A DNA stretch of 60,429 nucleotides. It comes from an uncultured Gammaproteobacteria bacterium (GTDB lineage Bacteria; Pseudomonadota; Gammaproteobacteria; Arenicellales; DRJH01). The position numbers were made by a program, and so were the translations under genes. The stretch is taken from assembly GCA_964415515.1 (NCBI GenBank), contig CAYQAP010000001.1, positions 51,398 to 111,826 of the forward strand, written 5' to 3'. Position 1 is the stretch's first letter, and every line of letters starts with the position of its first letter. The notes under the pieces are model-generated. The model was not told where the DNA came from. It saw only the letters and a list, made by a program, of their open reading frames with translations, and searched no databases. This document shows, one piece after another, positions 11,703 through 22,594 of this stretch.

Positions 11703-12790
11703 TGAAACCAAAAACTCTGCTCTGGATTGTCATCATTTTTATTTCCGGTTGGCTGCTGCGCGGCGAATTTTTCAATGACAAAACCATCGACACACCAAGG
11801 CAGGTCATACCAAGGAGTGATTTCAGCAATTCCGAACAGGCAACCATCACCTTGTTCGAACAAAACCGTCGCTCTGTTGCCTATATTCGTACCCTGGCAA
11901 GCAGGCGACGATCTTTCTTTAGCCCGGAACAGTTGGTCGAAACGGGTGCCGGTTCGGGCTGGATTTGGGACCAGGCCGGTCATCTCGTCACCAATTATCA
12001 TGTCATTCGCGGCTCCAGTGTAGCCTTGGTTACATTGGCCGATAACAAAACCTATCGTGCGGTACTGACTGGGGCATCGGAGGACAAGGATATCGCCGTT
12101 TTGAAAATCTCTGCTCCGGGCAATCAACTCTCACCCCTGTCAATCGGAGAAAGTAACAATCTAAAAGTTGGCCAGAATGTTTATGCAATCGGAAATCCAT
12201 TCGGTCTGGATTTTACGCTCACAACCGGCGTGATCAGTGCCTTAAATCGTAGCCTGCCGGGAGCGAGAAATCGACCTTTGCGAGAATTGATCCAAACCGA
12301 TGCAGCGATCAACCCGGGCAATTCGGGCGGCCCTTTACTCGATAGCGAAGGCCGCATTATCGGCATGAATACGGCCATCTACAGTCAGACCGGGCAAAGT
12401 GCCGGTATCGGCTTTGCCGTTCCGATAGATATCATCAATTACGTGGTCCCCCAGCTGATCAAATACGGCAAAATTGTCCGGCCCGGACTTGGCGTCAATG
12501 TTGCTGGCGCCAGTGTCAGCAAGCGACTCAATCTGCCGGGTGTATTAATTGTGGATATTGCCAGAGGCAGCGGCAGCGATCGAGCCGGTTTGCGTCCGAC
12601 GTCAGAATCCAGCAATGGCAATATTATTCTTGGCGATATCATTACGGCTATCAATGAGTATTCGGTGAAGACACCAGACGATCTATTCACCGCTCTTGAA
12701 CACCTCAAACCCGGCCAACAAGTCACAGTCTCCATCAACCGTGATGGCAAACCGCTACAAGTCAGCGTAACTCTTGATCCAGCGAAGTAG
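11702..12790 (+). CDS. Secreted S1C serine protease with one PDZ domain (HtrA/DegS/HhoA-like)
   Basis: Catalytic triad contexts TNYHVI, KDIAVLKI and GNSGGPLLD. It has a C-terminal PDZ-like segment and an N-terminal hydrophobic anchor MKPKTLLWIVIIFISGWLL, starting from ATG 11702. Confidence 0.88.
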   Translation: MKPKTLLWIVIIFISGWLLRGEFFNDKTIDTPRQVIPRSDFSNSEQATITLFEQNRRSVAYIRTLASRRRSFFSPEQLVETGAGSGWIWDQAGHLVTNYHVIRGSSVALVTLADNKTYRAVLTGASEDKDIAVLKISAPGNQLSPLSIGESNNLKVGQNVYAIGNPFGLDFTLTTGVISALNRSLPGARNRPLRELIQTDAAINPGNSGGPLLDSEGRIIGMNTAIYSQTGQSAGIGFAVPIDIINYVVPQLIKYGKIVRPGLGVNVAGASVSKRLNLPGVLIVDIARGSGSDRAGLRPTSESSNGNIILGDIITAINEYSVKTPDDLFTALEHLKPGQQVTVSINRDGKPLQVSVTLDPAK

Positions 12791-12929
12791 GGGTTCGGGG
12801 AACACCAGGCTATGGTGCTACACCATCAGTAACGGAACATAAACAAACTTCCTCTCATTAACCCATGGACCATCAACGCAAGCCTGCAACAGGCTCCATG
12901 CTCTCATCTACAGAGCAAAGCATTCCGAC

Positions 12930-13745
12930 TTACCCTCGCCGCAGATCTGACTGGTAGAGAATGGTCGTACTGATTTCCTCGATCGACATGGCGGTGGTGT
13001 CGATGAACGGAATCCCAAAACGGCGAAATAATGCCTCAACCTGGGCGACTTCCTGGCGGCACTGGCGGATGTCTGCGTAACGACCTCCGGCTCGGCGTTC
13101 CTGGCGAATCCGCTGCAATCGCTCCGGGTTAATGGTTAAGCCAAACAACTTGTGACGGCTGGGCACCAACACCTTGGCCAATTCGTGGCGCTCAAGATCC
13201 TCCTCTACCAGTGGATAATTGGCTGCATAGATCCCGAAATGCATGGCCAGATAGAGGCTGGTCGGTGTTTTTCCGGCTCGTGAAACTCCGATCAGAATAA
13301 TATCGGCCCGGCTATAACCACTCGTGTACATTCCATCATCAGCACGCATGGCATAGTTCACCGCCTCGATACGCGTCGCATAATGGGTTCGGTCTCCAAC
13401 TCCGTGTGAGCTACCCGAACTGTGTGAAGAGCGCGCCTCCAGCGTGTGTTCCATCGGACCGATAAAGGCTCGAAAGAAATCAAAAAATGCGCAATCACTT
13501 TCACCAATCATCTTCGATAACGCCAAATCAGCAAAGGTACAAAAAACCAATGGGCTGTGACCGCAATGCTCTTTGGTCATGTTAATCTCCACAACCACAG
13601 CCTGAACTTTTTCCGGGGTATCCGTAAACGGTTTGATGTGCATGTTGAAGTTAATCCCCGGAAACTGGGTCAACAGGCTGTGACCCAAGGTTTCTGCAGT
13701 CAGGGCAGTGCGGTCTGAAATAATGAAAACATCACGATCAGTCAT
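12930..13745 (-). CDS. ppsR: PEP synthase regulatory protein (bifunctional kinase/pyrophosphorylase, DUF299)
   Basis: VFIISDRTALTAETLGHSLLTQFP and the P-loop IGVSRAGKTPTSLYLA are present. It is divergent from ppsA, as in E. coli. Start at ATG 13745. Confidence 0.92.
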   Translation of the reverse strand: MTDRDVFIISDRTALTAETLGHSLLTQFPGINFNMHIKPFTDTPEKVQAVVVEINMTKEHCGHSPLVFCTFADLALSKMIGESDCAFFDFFRAFIGPMEHTLEARSSHSSGSSHGVGDRTHYATRIEAVNYAMRADDGMYTSGYSRADIILIGVSRAGKTPTSLYLAMHFGIYAANYPLVEEDLERHELAKVLVPSRHKLFGLTINPERLQRIRQERRAGGRYADIRQCRQEVAQVEALFRRFGIPFIDTTAMSIEEISTTILYQSDLRRG

Positions 13746-13913
13746 GGCTTTTCTGGTCCAATTAAGTGAAAATTGCACTCACTGACAACCGGCGTTGGCA
13801 GAGTGTATTGTCCGGGGACCGAATCATACGTGATCTGGAAGGGCACAGGCCATAGCCACCAGCATGAAACACCAATATTCCAGCAACCTTTCATCGACAT
13901 CAGGAAAGAAAAC

Positions 13914-16280
13914 GTGACTGAATATATTCTCTGGTATGAACAACTTGGTATGCGAGATGTCCCCCGTGTTGGCGGCAAGAATGCCTCATTGGGTGAAATG
14001 ATCAGCCACCTGAGTGGCGCAGGGATTCATGTCCCGGGTGGCTTTGCCACCACTGCGGATGCCTATCGAGAATTTCTGCTGGTTGGTGGGATTCGTACCA
14101 CTATTGAAAAAATTCTGACCGACCTCGATATCGAAGATGTCAATGCCCTGACGACTGCGGGAGCAAAGATTCGTTCCACGATTATGAATACGCCGCTGCA
14201 ACCCCCCCTGCAGCAAGCCGTCTGTGAAGCGTATGCAAGACTCACTGCAACAAGTGGCGACGATCTGGCCGTGGCGGTTCGCTCCTCAGCGACCGCCGAG
14301 GATCTTCCGGACGCGTCTTTTGCCGGGCAGCAAGAGACTTTCTTAAATGTTCGCGGACTCGATGCCGTTTTACGCGCCATTCATGAAGTCTTCGCTTCCT
14401 TGTTCAATGACCGCGCGATTGCCTATCGGGAGCACCAGAACTTTGATCACAATGAAGTGGCCTTGTCGGCCGGTATTCAACGCATGGTTCGCAGCGATAT
14501 CGGCGCCTCTGGTGTCATGTTCTCTATTGACACGGAATCGGGTTTTACCGACGCGGTTTTCATTACTTCTGCCTGGGGCCTTGGCGAATGTGTCGTCCAG
14601 GGCTCGGTGAATCCGGATGAATTCTATGTCTACAAACCGGCCTTGGCAGCGAACAAATCGGCCATCTTGCGCCACAGCCTGGGCACCAAAGCCATCAAGA
14701 TGATCTACAGCGAGGATCCAGCAAAAAAAGTAGCAACCATCGAGGTCGCTGACACTGATCGCAAGCGCTTTTCCATCTCCGATCGTGAAGTGACAGAACT
14801 GGCAAAGATGGCGGTTACGATCGAGCAGCATTATGGCCGACCGATGGATATTGAATGGGGAAAAGACGGTCAAACCGATGAATTGATGATCCTGCAGGCT
14901 CGTCCGGAAACGGTAAAAAGCCGTGATGATAAAAATTTGCTGGAACGTTACGTCCTGAATGAGCAAGGCAATATCCTCTGTGAGGGACGCTCAATTGGGC
15001 AACGGATCGGAGCCGGCACCGTGCGGGTCGTACTGGGGCTGGAGCATCTGGACCGTGTGCAAGCCGGTGATGTGCTGGTCACTGACATCACCGACCCCGA
15101 CTGGGAGCCGGTGATGAAACGGGCTTCGGCCATTGTCACCAACCGTGGCGGTCGCACCTGTCACGCAGCCATTATCGCCCGTGAACTCGGGGTGCCGGCG
15201 GTGGTCGGCTGCGGAAATGCCACCTCGGTCCTGACCGATGGTGATACCGTGACCGTATCCTGTGCCGAAGGGGATACCGGTTTTATCTATGCCGGAGAAC
15301 TCGATTTTTCTATCAACCGCATCAGTCTCGATACCATGCCAGAACTGCCGTTTAAAATTATGATGAATATCGGCAACCCCGAACGTGCCTTTGATTTTCA
15401 ATCATTGCCCAATCAAGGCGTCGGCCTGGCCCGTCTCGAATTCATTATCAACAACACCATCGGCATCCATCCCAAGGCCCTGTTGAATCTGGACCAGCAG
15501 GAAGCCCAGCTTCAGACCACCATTCGACAGCGCATGGCAGGCTATGATGACCCGGTAGAATTTTTTGTCCACAAGCTTCAGGAAGGTATCGCCACCCTGG
15601 GCGCCGCTTTCGCCCCGTCCAGCGTGATTGTGCGGATGTCGGATTTCAAATCCAATGAATACGCCAATATGATCGGTGGCCGCGGTTTTGAGCCGCATGA
15701 AGAAAATCCAATGATCGGTTTTCGCGGTGCCTCACGCTATATCGACCCATCCTTCCAGGATTGTTTTGAACTCGAATGCCGGGCCATGCGCTATGTGCGT
15801 GATGAAATGGGCATCACCAACATCTGGCTGATGATTCCGTTTGTCCGTACCCTGGATGAGGCCCGACAGGTCATCGACATCCTGGCCCGTAATGGCCTGG
15901 AACGGGGTAAAAATGACCTCAAGGTCATCATGATGTGCGAAATTCCTTCCAATGCACTGCTGGCGGACGAATTTCTGGAATATTTCGATGGCTTCTCGAT
16001 CGGCTCCAACGATCTGACCCAACTCACCCTGGGCCTGGATCGCGACTCCGGGCTGATCGCACAACTGTTTGATGAACGCAACCCGGCGGTCAAAAAACTG
16101 TTGCACATGGCCATCACATCCTGTCGCAAGGCCGGTAAATACATCGGCATCTGTGGCCAGGGCCCCAGCGATCATCCGGATCTGGCCCGCTGGCTGATGG
16201 AGGAAGGGATCGAAAGTGTCTCGCTCAATCCCGATACGGTGGTCGAAACCTGGTTGTACCTGGCGGGAAAAGAAGTGTAA
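13914..16280 (+). CDS. ppsA: Phosphoenolpyruvate synthase
   Basis: [25 protein letters not shown] matches the PpsA N-terminus. It has a phosphohistidine swivel ([15 protein letters not shown]) and a PEP-utilising C-terminus. Start at GTG 13914, preceded by AGGAAAG. Confidence 0.95.
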   Translation: MTEYILWYEQLGMRDVPRVGGKNASLGEMISHLSGAGIHVPGGFATTADAYREFLLVGGIRTTIEKILTDLDIEDVNALTTAGAKIRSTIMNTPLQPPLQQAVCEAYARLTATSGDDLAVAVRSSATAEDLPDASFAGQQETFLNVRGLDAVLRAIHEVFASLFNDRAIAYREHQNFDHNEVALSAGIQRMVRSDIGASGVMFSIDTESGFTDAVFITSAWGLGECVVQGSVNPDEFYVYKPALAANKSAILRHSLGTKAIKMIYSEDPAKKVATIEVADTDRKRFSISDREVTELAKMAVTIEQHYGRPMDIEWGKDGQTDELMILQARPETVKSRDDKNLLERYVLNEQGNILCEGRSIGQRIGAGTVRVVLGLEHLDRVQAGDVLVTDITDPDWEPVMKRASAIVTNRGGRTCHAAIIARELGVPAVVGCGNATSVLTDGDTVTVSCAEGDTGFIYAGELDFSINRISLDTMPELPFKIMMNIGNPERAFDFQSLPNQGVGLARLEFIINNTIGIHPKALLNLDQQEAQLQTTIRQRMAGYDDPVEFFVHKLQEGIATLGAAFAPSSVIVRMSDFKSNEYANMIGGRGFEPHEENPMIGFRGASRYIDPSFQDCFELECRAMRYVRDEMGITNIWLMIPFVRTLDEARQVIDILARNGLERGKNDLKVIMMCEIPSNALLADEFLEYFDGFSIGSNDLTQLTLGLDRDSGLIAQLFDERNPAVKKLLHMAITSCRKAGKYIGICGQGPSDHPDLARWLMEEGIESVSLNPDTVVETWLYLAGKEV

Positions 16281-16329
16281 TCAGCTTGCCAGCCAAACCG
16301 GGACGTGAGACTGATCCGGCAAAGCTATC

Positions 16330-18276
16330 CTATATTGGTCTACCAATTTCGTAACCCTGTGCCGCATCAAACCCGTTGTTGCTGACCCACTGCAAATGAT
16401 CCTTGTGCTCAACATGTTCGGCCACAATCAGACCATCGAGGCCATGGATAATCACAGCCACCGTCTGCAAAAAGAAGCGAACATCGGCATTCTCGGCTGC
16501 GGCCGTGATATAGCTGCCATCAACCTTGACATAATCCGGCTTGAGTGTGGACAAATAGCCGAAATAACCCTGGCCCCGTCCAAAATGGTCGATCCCCAAA
16601 CGACTGCCACTCGCACTCAGCACTTCTCGCAAAGCCTGGCATTGCGGCAATGACTGATCGGCTGCGGTATCGGTAATTTCCAGATCCAGCATTGTCGCCT
16701 GTTGCTCAAATACCGACAGCTTTTCAGCCAGCCAGTGAACAAACTCCATAGAGCGCATACTGGTGTCTGAAATATTCACCGCCAACCTTGCGCTGTGATC
16801 GCGGGTCAACCGCTCAAGGATCCGACTGACAACAATACGATCCAGTTGCAGCATACGATCATAACGCCAGGCCATGGGCAAAAAGACCGCAGCTGATACG
16901 TGGCTGCCGTCCAGGTCACGTGCTCGCAACAGGACTTCCCGGTGCAGTAAACCGTCCTGTCGTAAATCCCTTACCGGTTGCAAGCAGAATTCGATCGCCT
17001 GCTCTTCGATAATCTGATCCAGCCAAACAGACCAGGCTTGTGCACCTCGTGGCAAACTCGGTTGCAGTGCCATGGATTCTTTCAATGCCCAGGTATTACT
17101 GCCTTGTTGCTGGGCCGTGCGCAAAGCCAGATCACATAGCCCCAGCACTTCGCCTGGCTGGCCACTGCCCTGGCACAAGGCCACACCAATATTGACTTCG
17201 AGTCTCGGCTGAGAGTCATCCGCAGCGGAATCTATGGCCATCAGTTCCTGTAGTAGATTATCACAAGCAGCTTCAGCTTCCTGCTGCTGCATCCCATCAA
17301 TCACCATGATAAAACTCGCACCACCGAGCCGGGCGATGATTTTATCACCGGCCAGCATGGTACAGTGCTGACTCAGGGATTCAGCCACCCGGTACAGCCG
17401 CTGATCGCCTGCCTGGTAGCCACACCGATCATTAAAGATTTTGAAGTCGGTGATTTCGAGCAACAAAATGGCTCCAAAGCTGAAGTGATCGGTATCACTG
17501 AGCCATTGCCCGAATTCAGTGGCAAACTGACGACGATTCGGCAGGCCGGTAACACTGTCCTGATACGCTTCACGGCGCATCTGTTCTGCCAGTTTGGTCT
17601 GCGATAAAACCATTTGCTGCAACTTGCCGGACATTTTGTTCATAGCCAGCACCACACGCTTCAATTCCCGGGTCTGCGGTATATCATCGACGGTAACAAA
17701 ATCACGATTAGCGATCGCCATGGCCTGACTTTCCACCTGCTTCAAGGGCGATAAGAGGTACCGTAAACTGACGGCGACTGCCAGCAACAACAAGGCCAGC
17801 CCACCGCTAAACCACCACAGGGTTTCCAGCGTTCGTTTCCATAAGTACAGATAGGCGTAACCGGGATGACTCTGTACAGAAATGCTGCCACCGGATTGCC
17901 ATCCGGACATGACTTCGGCACTGGCTTTGGGTGCGCGCAATGGAATCATCTGCACAAACCAGTCCGGCACCCCCTCGATACTGACCGCACGCTCACGTCG
18001 TACCAACGATTTATTATCGGCTGACAGGAGCTCGATCTGCTGATAATAGCCAGGATCAAAGATGGCATTGATCATGGATGCCGCCAGCGGCTGATCATTC
18101 GCAGCCAGTACCGGACCCAGTGAAAGCCCCAGCGATGTGGCCGTGTCCTGGGCATGTGAGATCAGCTGATCCTGCACGTACGTACGGACACTGGTAATGC
18201 TGATCAGCATGCTGCCAGCATACATCACGGCGATCAGACAGGAGATGACAATTCCGATCTTTCTCGATAACGGCAT
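16330..18276 (-). CDS. lapD: LapD-type inner-membrane c-di-GMP receptor (LapD/MoxY N-domain, HAMP, degenerate GGDEF and EAL)
   Basis: 648 aa with two TM segments flanking a periplasmic domain. The GGDEF position reads LGGASF. The EAL position reads EVLLR, and DDFG reads IDHFG. It lies directly downstream of a LapG-type protease gene. Confidence 0.85.
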   Translation of the reverse strand: MPLSRKIGIVISCLIAVMYAGSMLISITSVRTYVQDQLISHAQDTATSLGLSLGPVLAANDQPLAASMINAIFDPGYYQQIELLSADNKSLVRRERAVSIEGVPDWFVQMIPLRAPKASAEVMSGWQSGGSISVQSHPGYAYLYLWKRTLETLWWFSGGLALLLLAVAVSLRYLLSPLKQVESQAMAIANRDFVTVDDIPQTRELKRVVLAMNKMSGKLQQMVLSQTKLAEQMRREAYQDSVTGLPNRRQFATEFGQWLSDTDHFSFGAILLLEITDFKIFNDRCGYQAGDQRLYRVAESLSQHCTMLAGDKIIARLGGASFIMVIDGMQQQEAEAACDNLLQELMAIDSAADDSQPRLEVNIGVALCQGSGQPGEVLGLCDLALRTAQQQGSNTWALKESMALQPSLPRGAQAWSVWLDQIIEEQAIEFCLQPVRDLRQDGLLHREVLLRARDLDGSHVSAAVFLPMAWRYDRMLQLDRIVVSRILERLTRDHSARLAVNISDTSMRSMEFVHWLAEKLSVFEQQATMLDLEITDTAADQSLPQCQALREVLSASGSRLGIDHFGRGQGYFGYLSTLKPDYVKVDGSYITAAAENADVRFFLQTVAVIIHGLDGLIVAEHVEHKDHLQWVSNNGFDAAQGYEIGRPI

Positions 18277-18355
18277 GGTTTACCTCTTTACAGTTGGTTT
18301 GTTTACTATAACCCGCTTTGGCACGAAATGATGTGATTTTCCATCCACTGGGCTG

Positions 18356-19060
18356 CTAATGAATGATTGCACGGCGCATTTTTTCAGTCACATAACGCCA
18401 GTTACGCAACCTGCGAGCCCCCCCCAACTGGCCCTGACCACGTTGATAGCGGGTCCACAAACGGCTACCGTTGAAGCTGTAGACCGGGGTCAGATCCCGA
18501 CGTTTTGAAGCCGGGGAGATGCGGCTGGTAATGCTGTCGAGAATCAAGGGATCGGCACCTGGCTGCGAGTAATAAGCCAGTACCATATGCGGCCGTCGCA
18601 AGCGGCTGGAGCGTACGTAAACGATACGCAGTTTGTTGTCGTCCAAGCCCCATTCGCGCAGGGTGTAGTACTTGGCAATGGCAAAATCTTCACAGTCACC
18701 ACCACGGGAGGCCAGTGTTTCCTGGGGGGTGGCCCAATAATCATTTTTATTCCAATGCCGAATGTCTTCGACATAACGAATTCTTCGATTAAAAAAGGTA
18801 TTCACCTCCGCCAGTGCATCCTGGTCAGACAGCCCCCGGCTGTCATTAACAAAGCTGACCCAGTCCTGCAGGCGGCTTCGGGCCCGACTGCCAAAACGCC
18901 GGGCCATATCATCAATCGTCGCCTGACTTAAAGCGAATGTTTCCTGTCCCCAGGAAACCGGTAGCTTTGGCAAAATACCTAACCCAAGCAGTACCGCCAG
19001 GAACAGCAAAACAAACGTGCACAAATGTTCAGAACAAGTGACGCCAACCCGCAATTTCAT
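18356..19060 (-). CDS. lapG: Periplasmic transglutaminase-like cysteine protease LapG (C93/BTLCP)
   Basis: 234 aa with a signal-like N-terminus. Catalytic Cys context GGDCEDFAIAKYYTL, then His (RRPHMVLAYY) and Asp (DPLILDS). Confidence 0.85.
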   Translation of the reverse strand: MKLRVGVTCSEHLCTFVLLFLAVLLGLGILPKLPVSWGQETFALSQATIDDMARRFGSRARSRLQDWVSFVNDSRGLSDQDALAEVNTFFNRRIRYVEDIRHWNKNDYWATPQETLASRGGDCEDFAIAKYYTLREWGLDDNKLRIVYVRSSRLRRPHMVLAYYSQPGADPLILDSITSRISPASKRRDLTPVYSFNGSRLWTRYQRGQGQLGGARRLRNWRYVTEKMRRAIIH

Positions 19061-19097
19061 GACAGCTGCTCACCTGTCCAGATCAATACAACGGTGT

Positions 19098-20462
<1,365 letters not shown>

Positions 20463-20569
20463 CTACTTTAAGTCTAGCAGATCGCTGCCTCTGTTTTGTG
20501 GTGCAGGCATGCAATCAGACTATTAAGCCCCCATAGTAATTGACCCCCTGTCACAAACCGGCCCAGCAA

Positions 20570-21895
20570 TTAATCCGGCTGTCCTCCAGCATGCTGTCGC
20601 TGCTGCTCATCCAAATGACGCAACGCCTCCAGGCGGCGCGCAATCTGCTGTTCCAAACCGCGATCAACCGGCAGGTAGTAGCGTCGCCCGGATAATTGGG
20701 GTGGAAAATAGTCCATTCCAGCGGCATAACCACCAGGCTCATTGTGTGCGTAGCGGTAAGCAGCACCATGCCCCAGTGAACGAGCCAGCCGGGTGGGGGC
20801 ATTGCGAAGCGCCCCTGGTACCGGCAATGATCCGTACTGTTTCGCATCCGCCATTGCGGTCTTGAAGGCGGTATAGGCTGCATTACTCTTGGCTGCCGAA
20901 GACAGGAATAACACGGCCTGAGCGAGTGCCAATTCACCTTCCGGACTGCCCAGTCGACGATAGGCTTCCCAGGCATCGCTGGTGATCCACAAAGCCCGGG
21001 GGTCAGCATTGCCGACATCTTCACTGGCGATCCGCAACAGGCGCCTGGCAATATACAAAGGATCACAACCACCCACCAGCATTCGGCAAAACCAGTACAT
21101 TGCAGCATCGGGGTCGGAACCTCGAATAGATTTGTGCAAGGCCGAGATAAGATCGTAAAAATGATCACCCCCCTTGTCGAACTGGGCTACTTTCTCACCA
21201 GCCGCCTTGATCACGGTTTCTTTACACAACAAAATACCATTATTTTTCTGTTTGATCAGCGCTACTGCAGTTTCCAGCAATCCCAGCAAGCGTCGACCAT
21301 CTCCATCAGCAAGATCCCGCAGCAACACTGCAGCGTCGTCGGTGAGTTGCAGTGGATATCCGTGCTGTTCAAGACAACTCACGCCGCGCTGTAAAATCTG
21401 TTGCAAGGCAGTATCATCCAGGGGATTAAGAACATGAATGCGCAATCGAGACAGCAGTGCCCGATTGATCTCGAAAGCTGGGTTTTCGGTGGTGGCACCG
21501 ATGAAAAGGATGGTGCCATCTTCAATATAGGGCAACAGGCTGTCCTGTTGCGCCTTATTGAAGCGGTGTACCTCATCCAGAAACAGAATTGTTTTTTGCC
21601 CTTGCTGGCGAGCAACGGTGGCTCCGGAGACAACTTCACGCACATCTTTAACGCCGGCACTGACCGCAGATAATCCAAAAAAACGGGCCTCAATCGTCAG
21701 TGCAATCACCCGCGCCAGCGTGGTTTTCCCGGTACCTGGCGGCCCCCACAGAATTAGCGAATACAACTGCCCTCGTTCAAGACTGGCGGACAGGGCCCCA
21801 TCCGGGCCAAGCAGTTGATCCTGACCACAAATTTGCTGCACAGTCCGCGGCCGAATCAACTCTGCCAAAGGTGTTGTATTTACCGCCTTGTTCAC
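20570..21895 (-). CDS. rarA: Replication-associated recombination protein A (AAA+ ATPase)
   Basis: Walker A LILWGPPGTGKTTLARVIA, Walker B ILFLDEVHRFNKAQQD and a MgsA C-terminal domain. GTG start. Confidence 0.95.
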   Translation of the reverse strand: MNKAVNTTPLAELIRPRTVQQICGQDQLLGPDGALSASLERGQLYSLILWGPPGTGKTTLARVIALTIEARFFGLSAVSAGVKDVREVVSGATVARQQGQKTILFLDEVHRFNKAQQDSLLPYIEDGTILFIGATTENPAFEINRALLSRLRIHVLNPLDDTALQQILQRGVSCLEQHGYPLQLTDDAAVLLRDLADGDGRRLLGLLETAVALIKQKNNGILLCKETVIKAAGEKVAQFDKGGDHFYDLISALHKSIRGSDPDAAMYWFCRMLVGGCDPLYIARRLLRIASEDVGNADPRALWITSDAWEAYRRLGSPEGELALAQAVLFLSSAAKSNAAYTAFKTAMADAKQYGSLPVPGALRNAPTRLARSLGHGAAYRYAHNEPGGYAAGMDYFPPQLSGRRYYLPVDRGLEQQIARRLEALRHLDEQQRQHAGGQPD

Positions 21896-21898
21896 GGT

Positions 21899-22540
21899 TT
21901 ACTGCGGTATTGATTCATCGATAACATCGGCGCCTGCCGGGGCCACAAAACTGAATAACTGAGGATTCAGACTGCGGTTGATTACCGGGTCACTGAGAGT
22001 GATACGGGTAATCTGCCCGAGGCCATCAACCATTTCCAACAAGCGCAGGGTAAAGTCCTCAAAGCCCAAACGTATGGAATTAAATTCCTCCTGTGACCTG
22101 GGTTCGAGTCGCACCCATTGCAAACGACCTTGTGTTCCCATATCTATGATATTAAATGATTTTTCCAAATCTCCCTGGCCTGCAAGAATCAATGCTGGAG
22201 TCTTGCCCAGGGCTTTGTCGACTTTGCGTATGGTGACTTGTGCCAGCTCCACATCGTACAACCAGACCTCCTTGCCATCGCTGATAATATGCTGTTCCTG
22301 TGGTGCGTCGTAATCCCAACGAAACCGACCCGGACGAACCAGTCGCAGCATCCCTGAGGACTGATCCAGAGTATTCATCCCCTCATCAAGAATGACCTGT
22401 TGAAATCGTACCGAGAGGGTGTGAACCTGTCCAAAGAAGCGTTCCAGGCTGGCTTTGCCATCGGCAACTGCGGCACCAGTCGACAGAAAACCCCACAGGA
22501 GAACCAGAATGCATATTCTGGAGTTGGCTATTGTTTTCAT
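21899..22540 (-). CDS. lolA: Outer-membrane lipoprotein carrier protein
   Basis: 213 aa with a signal peptide and LolA-like sequence (LERFFGQVHTLSVRFQQ...GRFRWDY). It occupies the conserved ftsK-lolA-rarA position. Confidence 0.92.
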   Translation of the reverse strand: MKTIANSRICILVLLWGFLSTGAAVADGKASLERFFGQVHTLSVRFQQVILDEGMNTLDQSSGMLRLVRPGRFRWDYDAPQEQHIISDGKEVWLYDVELAQVTIRKVDKALGKTPALILAGQGDLEKSFNIIDMGTQGRLQWVRLEPRSQEEFNSIRLGFEDFTLRLLEMVDGLGQITRITLSDPVINRSLNPQLFSFVAPAGADVIDESIPQ

Positions 22541-22594
22541 AGAATCATTTCATCAGGTCACAAGGTGAACATAAACATCAAGGTCCGTACCGAT

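Noticed and set aside
14370-14966. 198-aa minus-strand ORF, plus several other 100-150-aa ORFs between 14.0 and 16.2 kb
   Set aside because: All are antisense to, or out of frame within, the well-supported ppsA gene. They have no motifs and no plausible starts.
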